Positions 38,013 through 51,313 of a DNA stretch of 64,000 nucleotides are shown here, in pieces. The notes under the pieces are model-generated. The model had not been told where the DNA came from and made no database searches. It worked only from the letters and a program-made list of their open reading frames with translations. Within the stretch, counting starts at the first letter, position 1. Each line of letters starts with the position of its first letter. Source of the stretch: an uncultured Thermoplasmatales archaeon (GTDB taxonomy: Archaea > Thermoplasmatota > SW-10-69-26); NCBI GenBank assembly GCA_964396185.1, contig CAYNEI010000006.1, positions 11,081 through 75,080 on the forward strand, in the 5' to 3' direction. Both the position numbers and the translations under genes were made by a program.

Positions 38013-39035
38013 ATGCGGGATGGAACGAAGCGGTTCATCCGGATCCTCGGCGGCACCCTGCTCGGAGTCGCCGTGCTGGCCCTCCTGGCACGATCCGTGG
38101 ACCCCGCTGCCGTCTGGCGCAACCTGGCCCAGGCCAGCGTCCAGCTCTTGGCCATCGCCTTCGCCGTCACGGCCATCCACTACGTGCTCGTCGGCTACCG
38201 CTTCGCCTCGTTCTTCGAGCTCTTCTCAGACGACGTACCCACCCCCGTGCTCGTGCGCACAGGCATCCTGGCCAGCGCGCTCGGCAGGGCCATCGGGTTC
38301 GCCGGCCTCGCCGGGGCATCGGTCCGGCTGGCCGTCATCAAGCGCCGGGGCGGGCGTGGCCGGGACGTCATCGCGGCCTCCATCGTCAACCACGCGTTCA
38401 AGCTGACCCTTGTGCTCGTGCTGGCACTGGGCGGCTTGCTCTACACGTTCGGCTTCCCCACCGTGCACGCCCTCCCGCTGCCCGGCTCGCTCTTCGGTCT
38501 CGGCGGGGTCGTCCTGCTCAGCATCGCTGTCGGGCTCTGGATCTTCGTTGTCCTGGCCCGAGCCAAGGTCCCCATCCTCGTCGAGCGCGCATGGGAGGCG
38601 CTCTCCAGCGGGCGCCACGGCGAACAAGTCCTCGACCTCCACGCCACGGTCATCACCGGCGTGGACACCATGCGCGACCACCCGGATCGCTTGTACAAAC
38701 CCAGCCTGCTCCTGGCTGGCGAGGTGCTCCTGCTTGTCGGCGTGCTCTACCTCTGCTTCCTTTCCCTGGGCACACCGGTGGCGCCAGGCATCCTGCTCGT
38801 GGGCTACGCGGTCGGCACGCTGAGCCGATCGCTATCCATCGTGCCAGGCGGGCTGGGCATCCAGGAGGGCAGCATCGCCGGGGCGCTCGTGCTCATGGGC
38901 GTGAGCTGGGAGGTGGGCCTGGCAGGCGTGGTGCTCTTCCGCATCGTGACCGACTGGCTCCCCGGCATGGCCTCGCTGCCCCTGGGCTGGGAGCTGTGGA
39001 CCTCCGGGGCCGATGAGGACGCAAGCCGAGCCTGA
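38013..39035 (+). CDS. UPF0104 flippase-like protein (paralog)
   Basis: SIVPGGLGIQEGS...LFRIVTDWLP; shares SALGRAIG.AG with the previous gene. Confidence 0.8.
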   Translation: MRDGTKRFIRILGGTLLGVAVLALLARSVDPAAVWRNLAQASVQLLAIAFAVTAIHYVLVGYRFASFFELFSDDVPTPVLVRTGILASALGRAIGFAGLAGASVRLAVIKRRGGRGRDVIAASIVNHAFKLTLVLVLALGGLLYTFGFPTVHALPLPGSLFGLGGVVLLSIAVGLWIFVVLARAKVPILVERAWEALSSGRHGEQVLDLHATVITGVDTMRDHPDRLYKPSLLLAGEVLLLVGVLYLCFLSLGTPVAPGILLVGYAVGTLSRSLSIVPGGLGIQEGSIAGALVLMGVSWEVGLAGVVLFRIVTDWLPGMASLPLGWELWTSGADEDASRA

Positions 39036-39068
39036 TGGTACACTGAGCCCTGGCGGTCACCCAACCCA

Positions 39069-39815
39069 TCACCCACCACCGGTGGCGCGCCGCATGGCCA
39101 CGGCTGAAGCCCCGATGCTCAGGAAGACGTAGCCCACCAGGACCCCGACAGCGGCCAACAGCGTCGAGGTCTCGCCCACGCCCAGGATGGCGTAGTTCAT
39201 GCCATCAAGCAGGTAGGTCAGCGGGAAGAGCAGCGCCGGGATCTCCAGGTAGATCGGCAGCGCCTCCACGGCCACGAACACGCCACCCAGGATGACCTGA
39301 GGCGTGATCACCAGCGGGATGAACTGGAGCACCTGGAACTCGTTGCGCGCGAACAGCGAGACCACGATCCCCAACCCCAGGGCGGTCAACGCCCCAAGCA
39401 GCTCGAGCGCGAAGAACAGGGCCACGCCGTTCTCGAACGTGAGATCCAAAAACCACGCGCCCGCGGCCAGCAGGACCACGGCCTGGATCAGGGCGAGCAC
39501 GCCGAACCCGAGCACGTAGCCCATCACCACGCCCCAGCGCGAGGCCGGCGAGGCGAACACCCGCTCGATGGTGCCCATCTGGCGCTCGCGCAGGAAGCCC
39601 ACGGCGGTCAGCAGGAAGGTGAGCATGAAGACGAAGACCGCCATCATGGCCGCCTTGGCTGGCCCCAGATCGAAGCCCTGGGCTGGCACGACAGCGAACA
39701 CCTCGCTGAACAGCCAGATGAGCAGGATCGGCGCCCCGAACACCAGGCCCAGGGTGCGCCGGTCCCCGCGCACCGAGCGCAGCACCCGGCTGGCCACGGC
39801 CAGGCTGCCGGTCAC
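39069..39815 (-). CDS. ABC-2 type transporter permease
   Basis: RGDRRTLGL, RERQMGTIERVFASP, ARNEFQVLQFIP, FPLTY. Confidence 0.9.
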   Translation of the reverse strand: MTGSLAVASRVLRSVRGDRRTLGLVFGAPILLIWLFSEVFAVVPAQGFDLGPAKAAMMAVFVFMLTFLLTAVGFLRERQMGTIERVFASPASRWGVVMGYVLGFGVLALIQAVVLLAAGAWFLDLTFENGVALFFALELLGALTALGLGIVVSLFARNEFQVLQFIPLVITPQVILGGVFVAVEALPIYLEIPALLFPLTYLLDGMNYAILGVGETSTLLAAVGVLVGYVFLSIGASAVAMRRATGGG

Positions 39816-40567
39816 GCGATCCCCTCCGGGGCGCCGGCCAGGGCCAGGAAAGCCTCCTCGAGTTCATCCGTGCCCGTGCGGGCGAGCAGCGCGTCCGGGG
39901 TGTCCACCGCCAGCACCCGGCCTTGGCGAAGGAAGACCACCACGTCGCAGCGGCCCGCCTCGCCCAGGTAGTGGGTGGACAGCAGCAGCAGGCTCCCCTC
40001 GTCGCGCAGGTCGCGGAACGCGGACCACATCCGGGATCGAAGCTCGGGATCCACGCCCACGGTGGGCTCATCGAGCACCAGCAGCTCCGGGCTGTGCACG
40101 ATGGTGCTGGCCAGGCTCACCCGGCGCTGCATGCCACCGGAGAGCTCGGCCACTGGGTCATCCACGCGGTCCGAGAGGCCGACCGTCGCCACGGCTTGCT
40201 CCACGGCTTGAGCACGCGTGGCGCGATCGATCCGGTGGAGGCGAGCGAAGAACGTCACGTTCTCGCGCACGGTCAGGTCCAGGTAGATCGCCAGGCCCTG
40301 GGGCATGTAGCCCACCCTCGGGCCGCCGGACCCGAAGAGCTCGCTGGGTCTGCGCCCGAACACCTCAACCTCCCCAGCATCCGGTGCCACCAGGCCAAGC
40401 AGCACCTTGATCAGCGTGGTCTTGCCCGCCCCGTTGGGGCCCACGAGCCCCACGATGGTGGGGCCCTCCAGGTCCAGGGTGAGCTCGTCCAGGGCCGTGA
40501 TCTTGCCGTAGCGTTTGCTGAGCCCATCCACGTGCAGGCTCGGTCCGCTGGTCCCCGCGCCGTCCAT
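39812..40567 (-). CDS. ABC transporter ATP-binding protein
   Basis: GPNGAGKTT, LSGGMQRR, LDEPTVGVDP, STH; start 40567 or 40582. Confidence 0.92.
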   Translation of the reverse strand: MDGAGTSGPSLHVDGLSKRYGKITALDELTLDLEGPTIVGLVGPNGAGKTTLIKVLLGLVAPDAGEVEVFGRRPSELFGSGGPRVGYMPQGLAIYLDLTVRENVTFFARLHRIDRATRAQAVEQAVATVGLSDRVDDPVAELSGGMQRRVSLASTIVHSPELLVLDEPTVGVDPELRSRMWSAFRDLRDEGSLLLLSTHYLGEAGRCDVVVFLRQGRVLAVDTPDALLARTGTDELEEAFLALAGAPEGIA

Positions 40568-40628
40568 GGGGACCGTTAGCATCGCCGGAGCATAAACGAG
40601 ATGTAACGATGCCAGTATCCTGGGTGAC

Positions 40629-41372
40629 ATGGATCCGGCGGTCTCCGTGCTCGAGCGCCTCGGGTTGACAGGCTACGAGGCCAAGACCTACGTCACGCTT
40701 GTGGGGCTTGGTCCAGCCCACGCAGCCGACATCGCCGATGCCGCGGATGTGCCCCGCACACGGATCTACAGTGTGCTCGCCGAACTCGAGGACGAGGGCT
40801 GGGTGCGCTCTGGGAGCGGTCGTCCCAAGACGTTCCAGGCCGAGCGGCCCAAGGACCGGATCGGGGCGTTGCGTGACGGGCTCATCGACGAGGTCGACCA
40901 GGCGATCCCAGCCTTGGAGGCCCAGTTCGAGGAGGAAGCCACCCGGTTCGGGGGACCGATCTGGCTGCTGGACACCGCCCAAGCCGTGGCCCGCCGGACC
41001 CTCGAGATGGTCCGCTCGGCCCGCGAGGAGCTCCTGATGGCCACCATGTTCCCGCTCCCATGCGACGGCGATGCCCTCGAAACGGCCCTCGGTGGTGCCA
41101 TCGATCGGGGCGTGGGCGTCCGGGTCGTGGCACCGGACCGGGAGAGGGCTGCTGGCTACCTCTCTTTGGGGGCCCATGTCCGGACGGCATGGGTGCCGCC
41201 CCGCTTCCTCTTCATGGACGGCCGCCAGGCGCTTTTGGCCTACCGGATGGAGGCATCCAGCGACCAGGGCGAGGTGCGCGGCGTGTGGATCCCGGCCCCG
41301 GAGTTCGTTGAGCACATCGCACCGGTCCAGGAGGCCATCTGGGGGATGGGGGAGCCGCTGGAGCTCGAGTAG
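40629..41372 (+). CDS. TrmB-family transcriptional regulator
   Basis: LGLTGYEAKTYVTL...VPRTRIYSVLAELEDEGWV...RPKTF; divergent from the ABC operon. Confidence 0.9.
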   Translation: MDPAVSVLERLGLTGYEAKTYVTLVGLGPAHAADIADAADVPRTRIYSVLAELEDEGWVRSGSGRPKTFQAERPKDRIGALRDGLIDEVDQAIPALEAQFEEEATRFGGPIWLLDTAQAVARRTLEMVRSAREELLMATMFPLPCDGDALETALGGAIDRGVGVRVVAPDRERAAGYLSLGAHVRTAWVPPRFLFMDGRQALLAYRMEASSDQGEVRGVWIPAPEFVEHIAPVQEAIWGMGEPLELE

Positions 41373-41375
41373 CCC

Positions 41376-44237
<2,862 letters not shown>

Positions 44238-44323
44238 GGTGGTTAGGCGGTCGTAGTCGGGCTCTTCACTTGAGCCTTCCCTCCAGGGGAGCCGGACGGA
44301 AGGTTGGGGTGCGACGGCGACGT

Positions 44324-44536
44324 TCAACACGGAGACACGGAGCCACGGAGCGAACGGAGGACCGGAGGGGGGTCGGCTAGAGGGAAGTGCAAGGGGGACC
44401 CGGGAGGGTGGCGGGTTGGAGTCGCCTCGACCGCCTGGCTGGAGACACTATACCTCTACCGTCGTTGTCTCCCTCTCCTTACAGCCTCTATTCTTGCCCC
44501 CTCCGTTCGCTCCGTGTCTCCGTGCATCCGTGTTGA
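44324..44536. repeat. Palindromic heptamer-array element D
   Basis: 37-nt arms 44324-44360 and 44500-44536, 34/37 reverse-complementary; MACGGAG-type units; purine-rich then pyrimidine-rich interior. Confidence 0.9.
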
Positions 44537-44616
44537 CTCCTCTTGTCCTCCACGGCTGACCGTCTCCCCCAGTTGGTACTGAACAACTATTTAGGACCAG
44601 GTTGTTCCATGGTTCC

Positions 44617-46566
44617 ATGAGGCTAGGGATCGCGTTGTGTGTAGCTCTGCTGCTTACCACGCCCGTTTTGGCAGGCTGCCTCGCGTCGGACGACCCGACC
44701 GCGACACCGGAGGCTCCGGGTGAGCCCAGCGATGACCGCTTGGACCGCGCGACGGTGCCAGGCTTCGAGCCCAACCGATTCCTGCTCGACGGCGCCCGGC
44801 CCCACTCGACGTTCGTCTCTGAGGGCGCCGAGCCCATCATGTTCTCCGATCGCGAGGATGGGGTGCTGCTCATCGGCGACACCCTCGGGGTCCACCGGAG
44901 CACGGACCGTGGCGAGACCTGGGCCCGGGTCACGGACATCTTCGACTTCAAACCCGGCCTCTTCGGCGACGGTCCAGGCATCGCCCAGGACGACGAGGGC
45001 GTGCTCTACGCCGCCGACACCAACGGCCAGATCATCGACGTGGCCCGCTCCACCGACGGCGGCGCCACGTGGACACCGGCCACGGTCCCACCGGACGTCT
45101 CCGGCGTGGCCGACCGACCCTGGATCGCGGCCACCGGGGATGGCATCGTGAGCTTCGTGGTCTTCGAGTTCGAGCAACAACAAGAGACCTGCTACCAGTC
45201 CACCGACGGAGGCCAGACCTTCCCCACCCGCAGCCACATCAACGGCGGGGCACCCAACGCAGGCAACTTGGTCTACACCGACGACGGCGCCCTCTGGTAC
45301 GCCCAAGCCGACAACCTCTGGTGGTGGACCGGCAGCTGCATGGACTTCCCCAACCGGTTGAACCTCCCCGGGAGCCCCGGCCCCCAGATCTTCACCCAGG
45401 TCGACACCGACGGAGACGCGGTCTACGCCGCCTACCCCCTCCACGACAGCTCGGGGCTGCGCGTGGCCGCCACCCAGACCGGCAGCTCGGCCCGCGATAT
45501 CGTTCTCACGCCAGAGGACGGCACGAACGCGCTCGTCACCAACACGTTCACCACCATCAGCGTCACAGACGACGAGGTCGCCATCGGCTGGTACGGCTCC
45601 GAGACCGACGGCAACCCGGCCTCGTCCTCATTCAGCGGCTCGTTCAACGTCTTCACCGCTCAGATCAGCGACTTCTGGACCCGGTCCGACACGGATCTCA
45701 CCTGCACATCCGCTGGTGTCACCTGTACGAGGGTCACGGACGAGCCCAACCACGTGGGCGGCCTGTGCATGAGCGGGACGACCTGCACCGCCGACCGCGA
45801 CCTGCTCGACTATTTCGGCATCGACCACGACCCCGACGGCGCCTTACATGTGGCCTACGGTCACGACGGCGCCGGCAGCAACGCTGTCGTCCGCTACGCC
45901 TGCATCGGGGACGCCTGCACGCCCGACAACCTGCCCCCGACGCCCTCCTTCACCGCTGAGTGCTCCTCGCTCAGCTGCGTCTTCGATGCATCCGCCACGA
46001 CGGATCCCGACGGCGACACCCTGAGCTTCAACTGGGACTTCGGCGATGGCAACACCGCCACCGGCGAGCAGACCAGCCACACCTTCACCACCGGTGGGCC
46101 CCACGAGGTCACCCTCGAGGTCAGCGACGGGACCACCACGGCCACCCTCGTCGAGGAGTTCTTCATCCCCACCAAGGGTGAGGGCAAGCTTGGCGTGGCC
46201 CCCATCAAGCCGAACTTCGACATCGACGAGCCCGTGGAGATCCAGGTCACCGTCACCGACATGGACGACAACCCCATCCCAGGTGTGCCCGTGGACGTGC
46301 TGGCCCACTACGACCCACCAGCCACGAACAGCATCCACCAAGGCCGCACCTTCCTGGTCATGGAAACCCTGGGCATCATGTACCACACTGCAACGGTCAC
46401 TACGGGCGAGGATGGCACCGCCATCTGGACGGTCCCCAGCGATCTGGCCGCCATCAACGAGCAGGCCAGTGGGCCCAGCGGCACCGAGAGCTACCGGGTC
46501 GAAGCCACCGTGGACCCCACCAACCTCTTCGCGTCCACGACCTACACCGTCGGCCCCTCGCTCTAG
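44617..46566 (+). CDS. BNR/Asp-box propeller + PKD domain lipoprotein
   Basis: PVLAGC lipobox; STDRGETW, STDGGATW; LLDYFG; PKD WDFGDG. Confidence 0.85.
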   Translation: MRLGIALCVALLLTTPVLAGCLASDDPTATPEAPGEPSDDRLDRATVPGFEPNRFLLDGARPHSTFVSEGAEPIMFSDREDGVLLIGDTLGVHRSTDRGETWARVTDIFDFKPGLFGDGPGIAQDDEGVLYAADTNGQIIDVARSTDGGATWTPATVPPDVSGVADRPWIAATGDGIVSFVVFEFEQQQETCYQSTDGGQTFPTRSHINGGAPNAGNLVYTDDGALWYAQADNLWWWTGSCMDFPNRLNLPGSPGPQIFTQVDTDGDAVYAAYPLHDSSGLRVAATQTGSSARDIVLTPEDGTNALVTNTFTTISVTDDEVAIGWYGSETDGNPASSSFSGSFNVFTAQISDFWTRSDTDLTCTSAGVTCTRVTDEPNHVGGLCMSGTTCTADRDLLDYFGIDHDPDGALHVAYGHDGAGSNAVVRYACIGDACTPDNLPPTPSFTAECSSLSCVFDASATTDPDGDTLSFNWDFGDGNTATGEQTSHTFTTGGPHEVTLEVSDGTTTATLVEEFFIPTKGEGKLGVAPIKPNFDIDEPVEIQVTVTDMDDNPIPGVPVDVLAHYDPPATNSIHQGRTFLVMETLGIMYHTATVTTGEDGTAIWTVPSDLAAINEQASGPSGTESYRVEATVDPTNLFASTTYTVGPSL

Positions 46567-46650
46567 AGGCGGCCAACGGAGCGCAGGCCTGTGGGGCCGG
46601 CCTGCGCTATCCGATGAGCTCAAGAACCAGTGGCCACTCTGAGGCTTGCT

Positions 46651-47037
46651 ATGGCGCGACAGCTCACGGTCTTCATCGAGAACCGTCCAGGGGCGCTCTC
46701 CGAGATCACCGAGGTCCTCTCCGAGGCAGGGGTCAACATCGTCTCCATCATGGTGGAGGGCGAGCATGACTTCGGCTTCGCCCGGATCCAGGCCCACTCC
46801 TTCCGCGACGCGCTGGCCGCCCTGGAGGATGCTGGCTTCCAGGTCAAAACAGGCGACGTGCTCGTCCTCCAGCTGGCCAACCGGTCCGGCGAGCTCCACG
46901 ATGTGCTGGAGCGCTTGGCCGAGGGTGGTGTGAACGTCCAGAACATGTTCGGCACCGTGGGCGGAGGCGATGCTGGCGAGCTGGTGCTCAGCGTTGACGA
47001 CCCCGAGCGCGCCAAGGCGATCCTCGAGCTCGATTGA
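46651..47037 (+). CDS. ACT-domain protein (two ACT repeats)
   Basis: QLTVFIENRPGAL...AGVNI; LANRSGEL...GVNV. Confidence 0.9.
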   Translation: MARQLTVFIENRPGALSEITEVLSEAGVNIVSIMVEGEHDFGFARIQAHSFRDALAALEDAGFQVKTGDVLVLQLANRSGELHDVLERLAEGGVNVQNMFGTVGGGDAGELVLSVDDPERAKAILELD

Positions 47038-47047
47038 GCCCCTTACG

Positions 47048-47150
47048 AACCTTCCACCGCGGAGGCGCGGAGAGCGCGAAGGACGCGGAGGAACCAGCGG
47101 AGGAAGGCCCTTCACGGTCTCCGCGCCCTCCGCGCCTTCGCGGTGAGGTT
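47048..47150. repeat. Palindromic heptamer-array element E
   Basis: Left AACCTTCCAC + 4x CGCGRAG; right 3x CTYCGCG + GTGAGGTT. Confidence 0.9.
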
Positions 47151-47167
47151 GGTGCTCCCTCGCTCAG

Positions 47168-49174
47168 CTAGGCCTCGACTTGCTTCAGTTGCCGGATCCG
47201 GTCTCTCAGCTTGGCGGCCTGCTCGAACTCGAGCCGGTCGGCATGCTCTTCCATGCGCTTGGTCAAGTGACCGATGAGCGCCCGGCGCTCCTCCTCGGGC
47301 AGCCGGCTGGGATCGTTGACATCAGCGCCCTCGGGCTCGGCGTCCCCGCCGGCGGCGACCACTGGGGCCTCGCGGCCGAAGGGCGTGGGGAACGAGCCGC
47401 CGCCGCGCCCGCTGATCGCACTTGCCGGTGTGACGTCGTTCTCCTGGTTGAAGGCCTCCTGGATCTCGCGCCGGCGCGCGGTCTCGTCCAGGGCCTTCTT
47501 GAGCGCCGGCGTCTTCTCATCCCCGTAGAGGATGACCTTGCCGCTCAAGTGGCGGGCAGCGCGCCCGATGGTCTGCACGAGGCTGGTCTCGCTGCGCAAG
47601 TAGCCCTCCCGGTCGGCATCCAGGATGGCCACCAGGCTCACCTCGGGAAGATCCAAGCCCTCGCGCAGCAGGTTGATGCCCACGAGCACGTCGAACTCGC
47701 CCTTGCGCAGGCCCTCGAGCAGCTCGACCCGGTCGAGGGTGTCCACATCCGCGTGGATGTAGCGCACCCGCACGCCGGCATCCCGGTAGTACTGGGTGAG
47801 CTCCTCTGCCATGCGCTTGGTCAGCGTGGTCACGAGCACGCGCTCGTCCCGGCTGGCACGCTCCCGGATCTCCGCGAGCAGGTCGTCCACCTGGTCGGCT
47901 GTGGGCCTGAGCTCGGTCTCCGGGTCCACCAAGTAGGTCGGCCGAACGATCTGCTCCACGATGTTCTCGGAGACCTCGAACTCGTGGGGGCCCGGCGTGG
48001 CGGACACGAAGACCGCCTGGCCCACGTAGTCGTCGAACTCGGGCCAGCGCAGCGGCCGGTTGTCCAGAGCCGAGGGGAGGCGGAACCCGTGGTCCACCAG
48101 GGTCTCCTTGCGGGCCCGGTCACCGCGGTACATGCCACGCACCTGGGGCACGGCGACGTGGCTCTCGTCGATGATCATGAGGAAGTCGTCGGGGAAGTGG
48201 TCGAGCAGCGTGAACGGCGGCTCGCCTGGCTTGCGGCCGGTGAAGTGCCTGGAGTAGTTCTCGATCCCGTTGCAGTACCCGATCTCCCGGATCATCTCCA
48301 GGTCCATGCGGGTGCGCGTCTCCAGGCGCTGGGCTTCCACCAGCTTGTCCTGGCGCTCCAGCTCAGCCAAGCGCTGATCGAGCTCGGCCTCGATGCCCTC
48401 GAGGATGCGCTCCATCTCCTCCTCTGGCGTGACGAAGTGGCGCGCGGGATGGATGACCATCTCGTCGAGCTCCTGGGTCTCCTTGCCGGTGACAGGGTCG
48501 ATGAGCGAGAGGCGGTCGACCTCGCTGCCCCAGAACTCGATGCGCCAGACGTGCTCGCCGTCCGGGCTTGCCACCTCCACCACATCTCCCTTGGCCCGGA
48601 ACGTGCCCGGCGCCAGCTCGATCTCGTTGCGCTTGTAGAGGATGTCGATGAGATCGTGGAGCAGGGCATCGCGCTCCCGGGCCTCGCCCTTGTCGAGGAA
48701 GATGTGCTGTGCCCGGTACTCCTTGGGATCGCCCAGGCCGTAGATGCAGGAGACCGAGGCGACCACGATGACATCCTCGCGCATGGCCAGGGCCTGGGTG
48801 GCGGCGTGGCGGTACTGCTCGATGGCCTCGTTGACGCTGGTCTCCTTGTCGATGTACGTGTCGCTCTGGGGGACGTAAGCCTCTGGCTGGTAATAGTCGT
48901 AGTAGCTCACGAAGAACTCCACCCGGTTGTCCGGGAAGAGCGACCGGAACTCCTCGAAGAGCTGGGCGGCCAGGGTCTTGTTGGGGGAGAGGACCAGGGT
49001 GGCCTTCTGGGTGGCCTCGATGACGTTGGCCATGGTGAACGTCTTGCCCGAGCCGGTCACGCCCAAGAGGGTCTGTCTCTTCAGCCCGGCCTGGATGCCG
49101 TCCACCAGCTCCTCGATGGCCTTGGGCTGGTCGCCGGCCGGCTCGTAGGGGGCCTGGAGCTTGATGGGGGGCAC
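47168..49174 (-). CDS. uvrB: Excinuclease ABC subunit B
   Basis: PAGDQPKAI, LGVTGSGKT, YYDYYQPEAY beta-hairpin, DESH, LREGLDLPEV, QTIGRAAR, C-terminal UVR domain. Confidence 0.98.
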   Translation of the reverse strand: MPPIKLQAPYEPAGDQPKAIEELVDGIQAGLKRQTLLGVTGSGKTFTMANVIEATQKATLVLSPNKTLAAQLFEEFRSLFPDNRVEFFVSYYDYYQPEAYVPQSDTYIDKETSVNEAIEQYRHAATQALAMREDVIVVASVSCIYGLGDPKEYRAQHIFLDKGEARERDALLHDLIDILYKRNEIELAPGTFRAKGDVVEVASPDGEHVWRIEFWGSEVDRLSLIDPVTGKETQELDEMVIHPARHFVTPEEEMERILEGIEAELDQRLAELERQDKLVEAQRLETRTRMDLEMIREIGYCNGIENYSRHFTGRKPGEPPFTLLDHFPDDFLMIIDESHVAVPQVRGMYRGDRARKETLVDHGFRLPSALDNRPLRWPEFDDYVGQAVFVSATPGPHEFEVSENIVEQIVRPTYLVDPETELRPTADQVDDLLAEIRERASRDERVLVTTLTKRMAEELTQYYRDAGVRVRYIHADVDTLDRVELLEGLRKGEFDVLVGINLLREGLDLPEVSLVAILDADREGYLRSETSLVQTIGRAARHLSGKVILYGDEKTPALKKALDETARRREIQEAFNQENDVTPASAISGRGGGSFPTPFGREAPVVAAGGDAEPEGADVNDPSRLPEEERRALIGHLTKRMEEHADRLEFEQAAKLRDRIRQLKQVEA

Positions 49175-49219
49175 GGTGGCTCACGCTAGTGGTGGCGGGG
49201 ATAAAAACGTGCGTCCAGG

Positions 49220-49846
49220 TTACGCGCCCACGCTGTAGCAGAACGGCGCGCACGGCTTGGGGCCCATGCCGACATGGACAGCCAGCGCCTGGCTAGCTTG
49301 GGCGGGGACGCCGGTCTCCAGGGCCAGGGTGACCTTGTACGTGTAGATGCCATCCACCTCGGGCGTGAACGTGAGCTCCAGGGGGGTCCCGTGGGTTGCA
49401 CCGCTGGCCACCAGCTCAGCACATCCGGGGGTCCAGACCTCGAGGACGAACTCGAAGCCATCCACCTTGGGGTCCAGCAACACGAAGCCCTTCTCGCCGA
49501 TATCCTCCGCGGTGACGTCGACGCCCCACGCGTCCATCGGGTCCTCGTCGGGGAAGAGCTCCCCCTCTGCGAGTTGATCCAACCCGATGATCGGAGCGGG
49601 CTGAGCACAGGTATCGCTGGCATCCTTGCCAGAGCGCCCGTCGTCCTGGAGGTCCTTGAACGGCCCCATCTCGGCTGCGCCGCCAGGGGAGGAGGTCTGC
49701 TGATCTGCCTGTGGTTGGGTGGACGGTTGCTCGATCGGGAGCGCGTCTGCAAGCGGTTGGTCCCCAAGCACGGGGCTGAGCGCGAAACCCATGAGCACCA
49801 TGCACGCCATCGTGACCGCGGTTGACCTCACCCGAGCTGCCTCCAT
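49220..49846 (-). CDS. Secreted hypothetical protein (pre-peptidase C-terminal-like beta-sandwich)
   Basis: Signal-like AVTMACMVLMGFALSPVLG; QDDGRSGKDASDT...GELF..DPMDAW...DGIYTYKV. Confidence 0.6.
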   Translation of the reverse strand: MEAARVRSTAVTMACMVLMGFALSPVLGDQPLADALPIEQPSTQPQADQQTSSPGGAAEMGPFKDLQDDGRSGKDASDTCAQPAPIIGLDQLAEGELFPDEDPMDAWGVDVTAEDIGEKGFVLLDPKVDGFEFVLEVWTPGCAELVASGATHGTPLELTFTPEVDGIYTYKVTLALETGVPAQASQALAVHVGMGPKPCAPFCYSVGA

Positions 49847-49928
49847 GCCACCAAGGCGAGTCGAGGGTATTTGCGCGCTCCGTTGCCACCCCGGTAGGGT
49901 AACCGCCAGGCTCAAGGGGAGGGAGGGC

Positions 49929-50813
49929 TTGGACGCGCGCGTGAGACCGGACGGCGGCGACGGCCTGACCGCGCACATCAGCCTCTCCGGACCCGATCGC
50001 AGCGGGGTCGTGGCCCGCGTCACCCAGTTCCTTTTCGAGCGAGGCGCCAACATCCAGGCCCTCGAGGAGCTCGTCACCCGTGGCCAGTTCCACATGAGCC
50101 TCACCTGCACCTGGCCGGACGGCACCCTGGACGACGACGCCCAGGCCGAAGCCAGAGGCGGGCTGGAGGCCATCGGCGCCGAGGTAGGCATGGAGACCCG
50201 GGTGCGCTTCCAGCAGCCCCAGCGCCGCCAGCGCATGGCCATCCTGGTGACCAAGGAGCCAGGGTGCCTGGAGGCGCTGCTTGAGGCTCACGAGGCCGGC
50301 GAGCTTGCCTGCGACCCCGCGGTTGTCATCGGCAACCGCGATGACCTCCAGGACCGTGCCGAGCAAGCCGGCCTACCGTTCGTCGAGATCCCCTGGGCGC
50401 ACCCCAAGCAGGCCGAGGCCGAGCTCTTGGCCACCCTGGACGACCACGACGTCGACTTCCTCGTGCTGGCCCGGTTCATGCGCATCCTCTCCCCTGAGAT
50501 CTGCTGGCGCTTCCGGAACAAGATCATCAACATCCACCCCTCCCTGCTGCCGGCCTTCCCCGGCGCGCGGGCCTACGCCCAGGCGTACAACAAGGGCGTG
50601 CGCATCGTGGGAGCCACAGCCCACTTCGTGACCCCGGATCTCGACCAGGGCCCCATCATCTTCCAGGATGCCTTCCGCGTGACGCCAGAGGAGGAGATCC
50701 AGGACATCAAGTCCCAGGGCCGGGAGATCGAGGCCAAGGTCCTGCTCGAGGCCGTGCGCCTCTACCTCGCCAAGCGTTTGGACGTGCACTGGGGCCGGGT
50801 CTGGACGAACTGA
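49929..50813 (+). CDS. purU: Formyltetrahydrofolate deformylase
   Basis: N-terminal ACT GPDRSGVVARVT; LARFMRILS, INIHPSLLPAFPGA, GATAHFVT.DLDQGPII; start TTG 49929 or GTG 49941. Confidence 0.9.
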   Translation: MDARVRPDGGDGLTAHISLSGPDRSGVVARVTQFLFERGANIQALEELVTRGQFHMSLTCTWPDGTLDDDAQAEARGGLEAIGAEVGMETRVRFQQPQRRQRMAILVTKEPGCLEALLEAHEAGELACDPAVVIGNRDDLQDRAEQAGLPFVEIPWAHPKQAEAELLATLDDHDVDFLVLARFMRILSPEICWRFRNKIINIHPSLLPAFPGARAYAQAYNKGVRIVGATAHFVTPDLDQGPIIFQDAFRVTPEEEIQDIKSQGREIEAKVLLEAVRLYLAKRLDVHWGRVWTN

Positions 50814-50916
50814 CCATCCGCGCACGGTCCTCTGGCCGTCGGCTCCGCTCGCACTGGATGTTTAGGTTGACCGAATGTGAGGCAAGGCTTTTGCGGGGCC
50901 TGGCGGCTTGGCGCCC

Positions 50917-51156
50917 ATGGCTCGGATCGTCGTTTTGGAAGATACCTCCCCGCTGGTGATCAAGAAGGACGAGATGGAAGGCGATGTCGTCGCCGTGTGC
51001 CGGTGCGGGCTGTCTGCAGGTTGGCCCATGTGCGATGGAAGCCACAACGCGGCCTCCGATGAGGACGAGGCGTCGCTGTCCAAGTACGAGCGTGAGGGCG
51101 GCGAGCTTCAACGGAGCCCTGCAGGGGACGTCGAAGGCGCAGACCCGAGGGCCTAG
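50917..51156 (+). CDS. CDGSH iron-sulfur domain protein
   Basis: VCRCGLSAGWPMCDGSH. Confidence 0.9.
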   Translation: MARIVVLEDTSPLVIKKDEMEGDVVAVCRCGLSAGWPMCDGSHNAASDEDEASLSKYEREGGELQRSPAGDVEGADPRA

Positions 51157-51313
51157 ATCCGGGCAACCGGGCTAGCATCCGAGCACTCTCGCGAGACGAC
51201 GCGATCCCCACGGGCCGGGTCCAACCGAGGCTCGAAGGGGATCGACGCGTTCGCTGTCGGTTCAGACCAAGTGACCGTTCGTAGGAGACGGCGCGGGGGC
51301 ACGCCGGGGGGGA

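Noticed and set aside
36710-39016. 768-aa Arg/Pro-rich ORF spanning both flippase-like genes
   Set aside because: Alternative-frame artefact with low-complexity composition.
51157-51313. Structured-looking intergenic segment as a possible ncRNA or tRNA
   Set aside because: No T-loop/D-loop or known RNA motif recognised.
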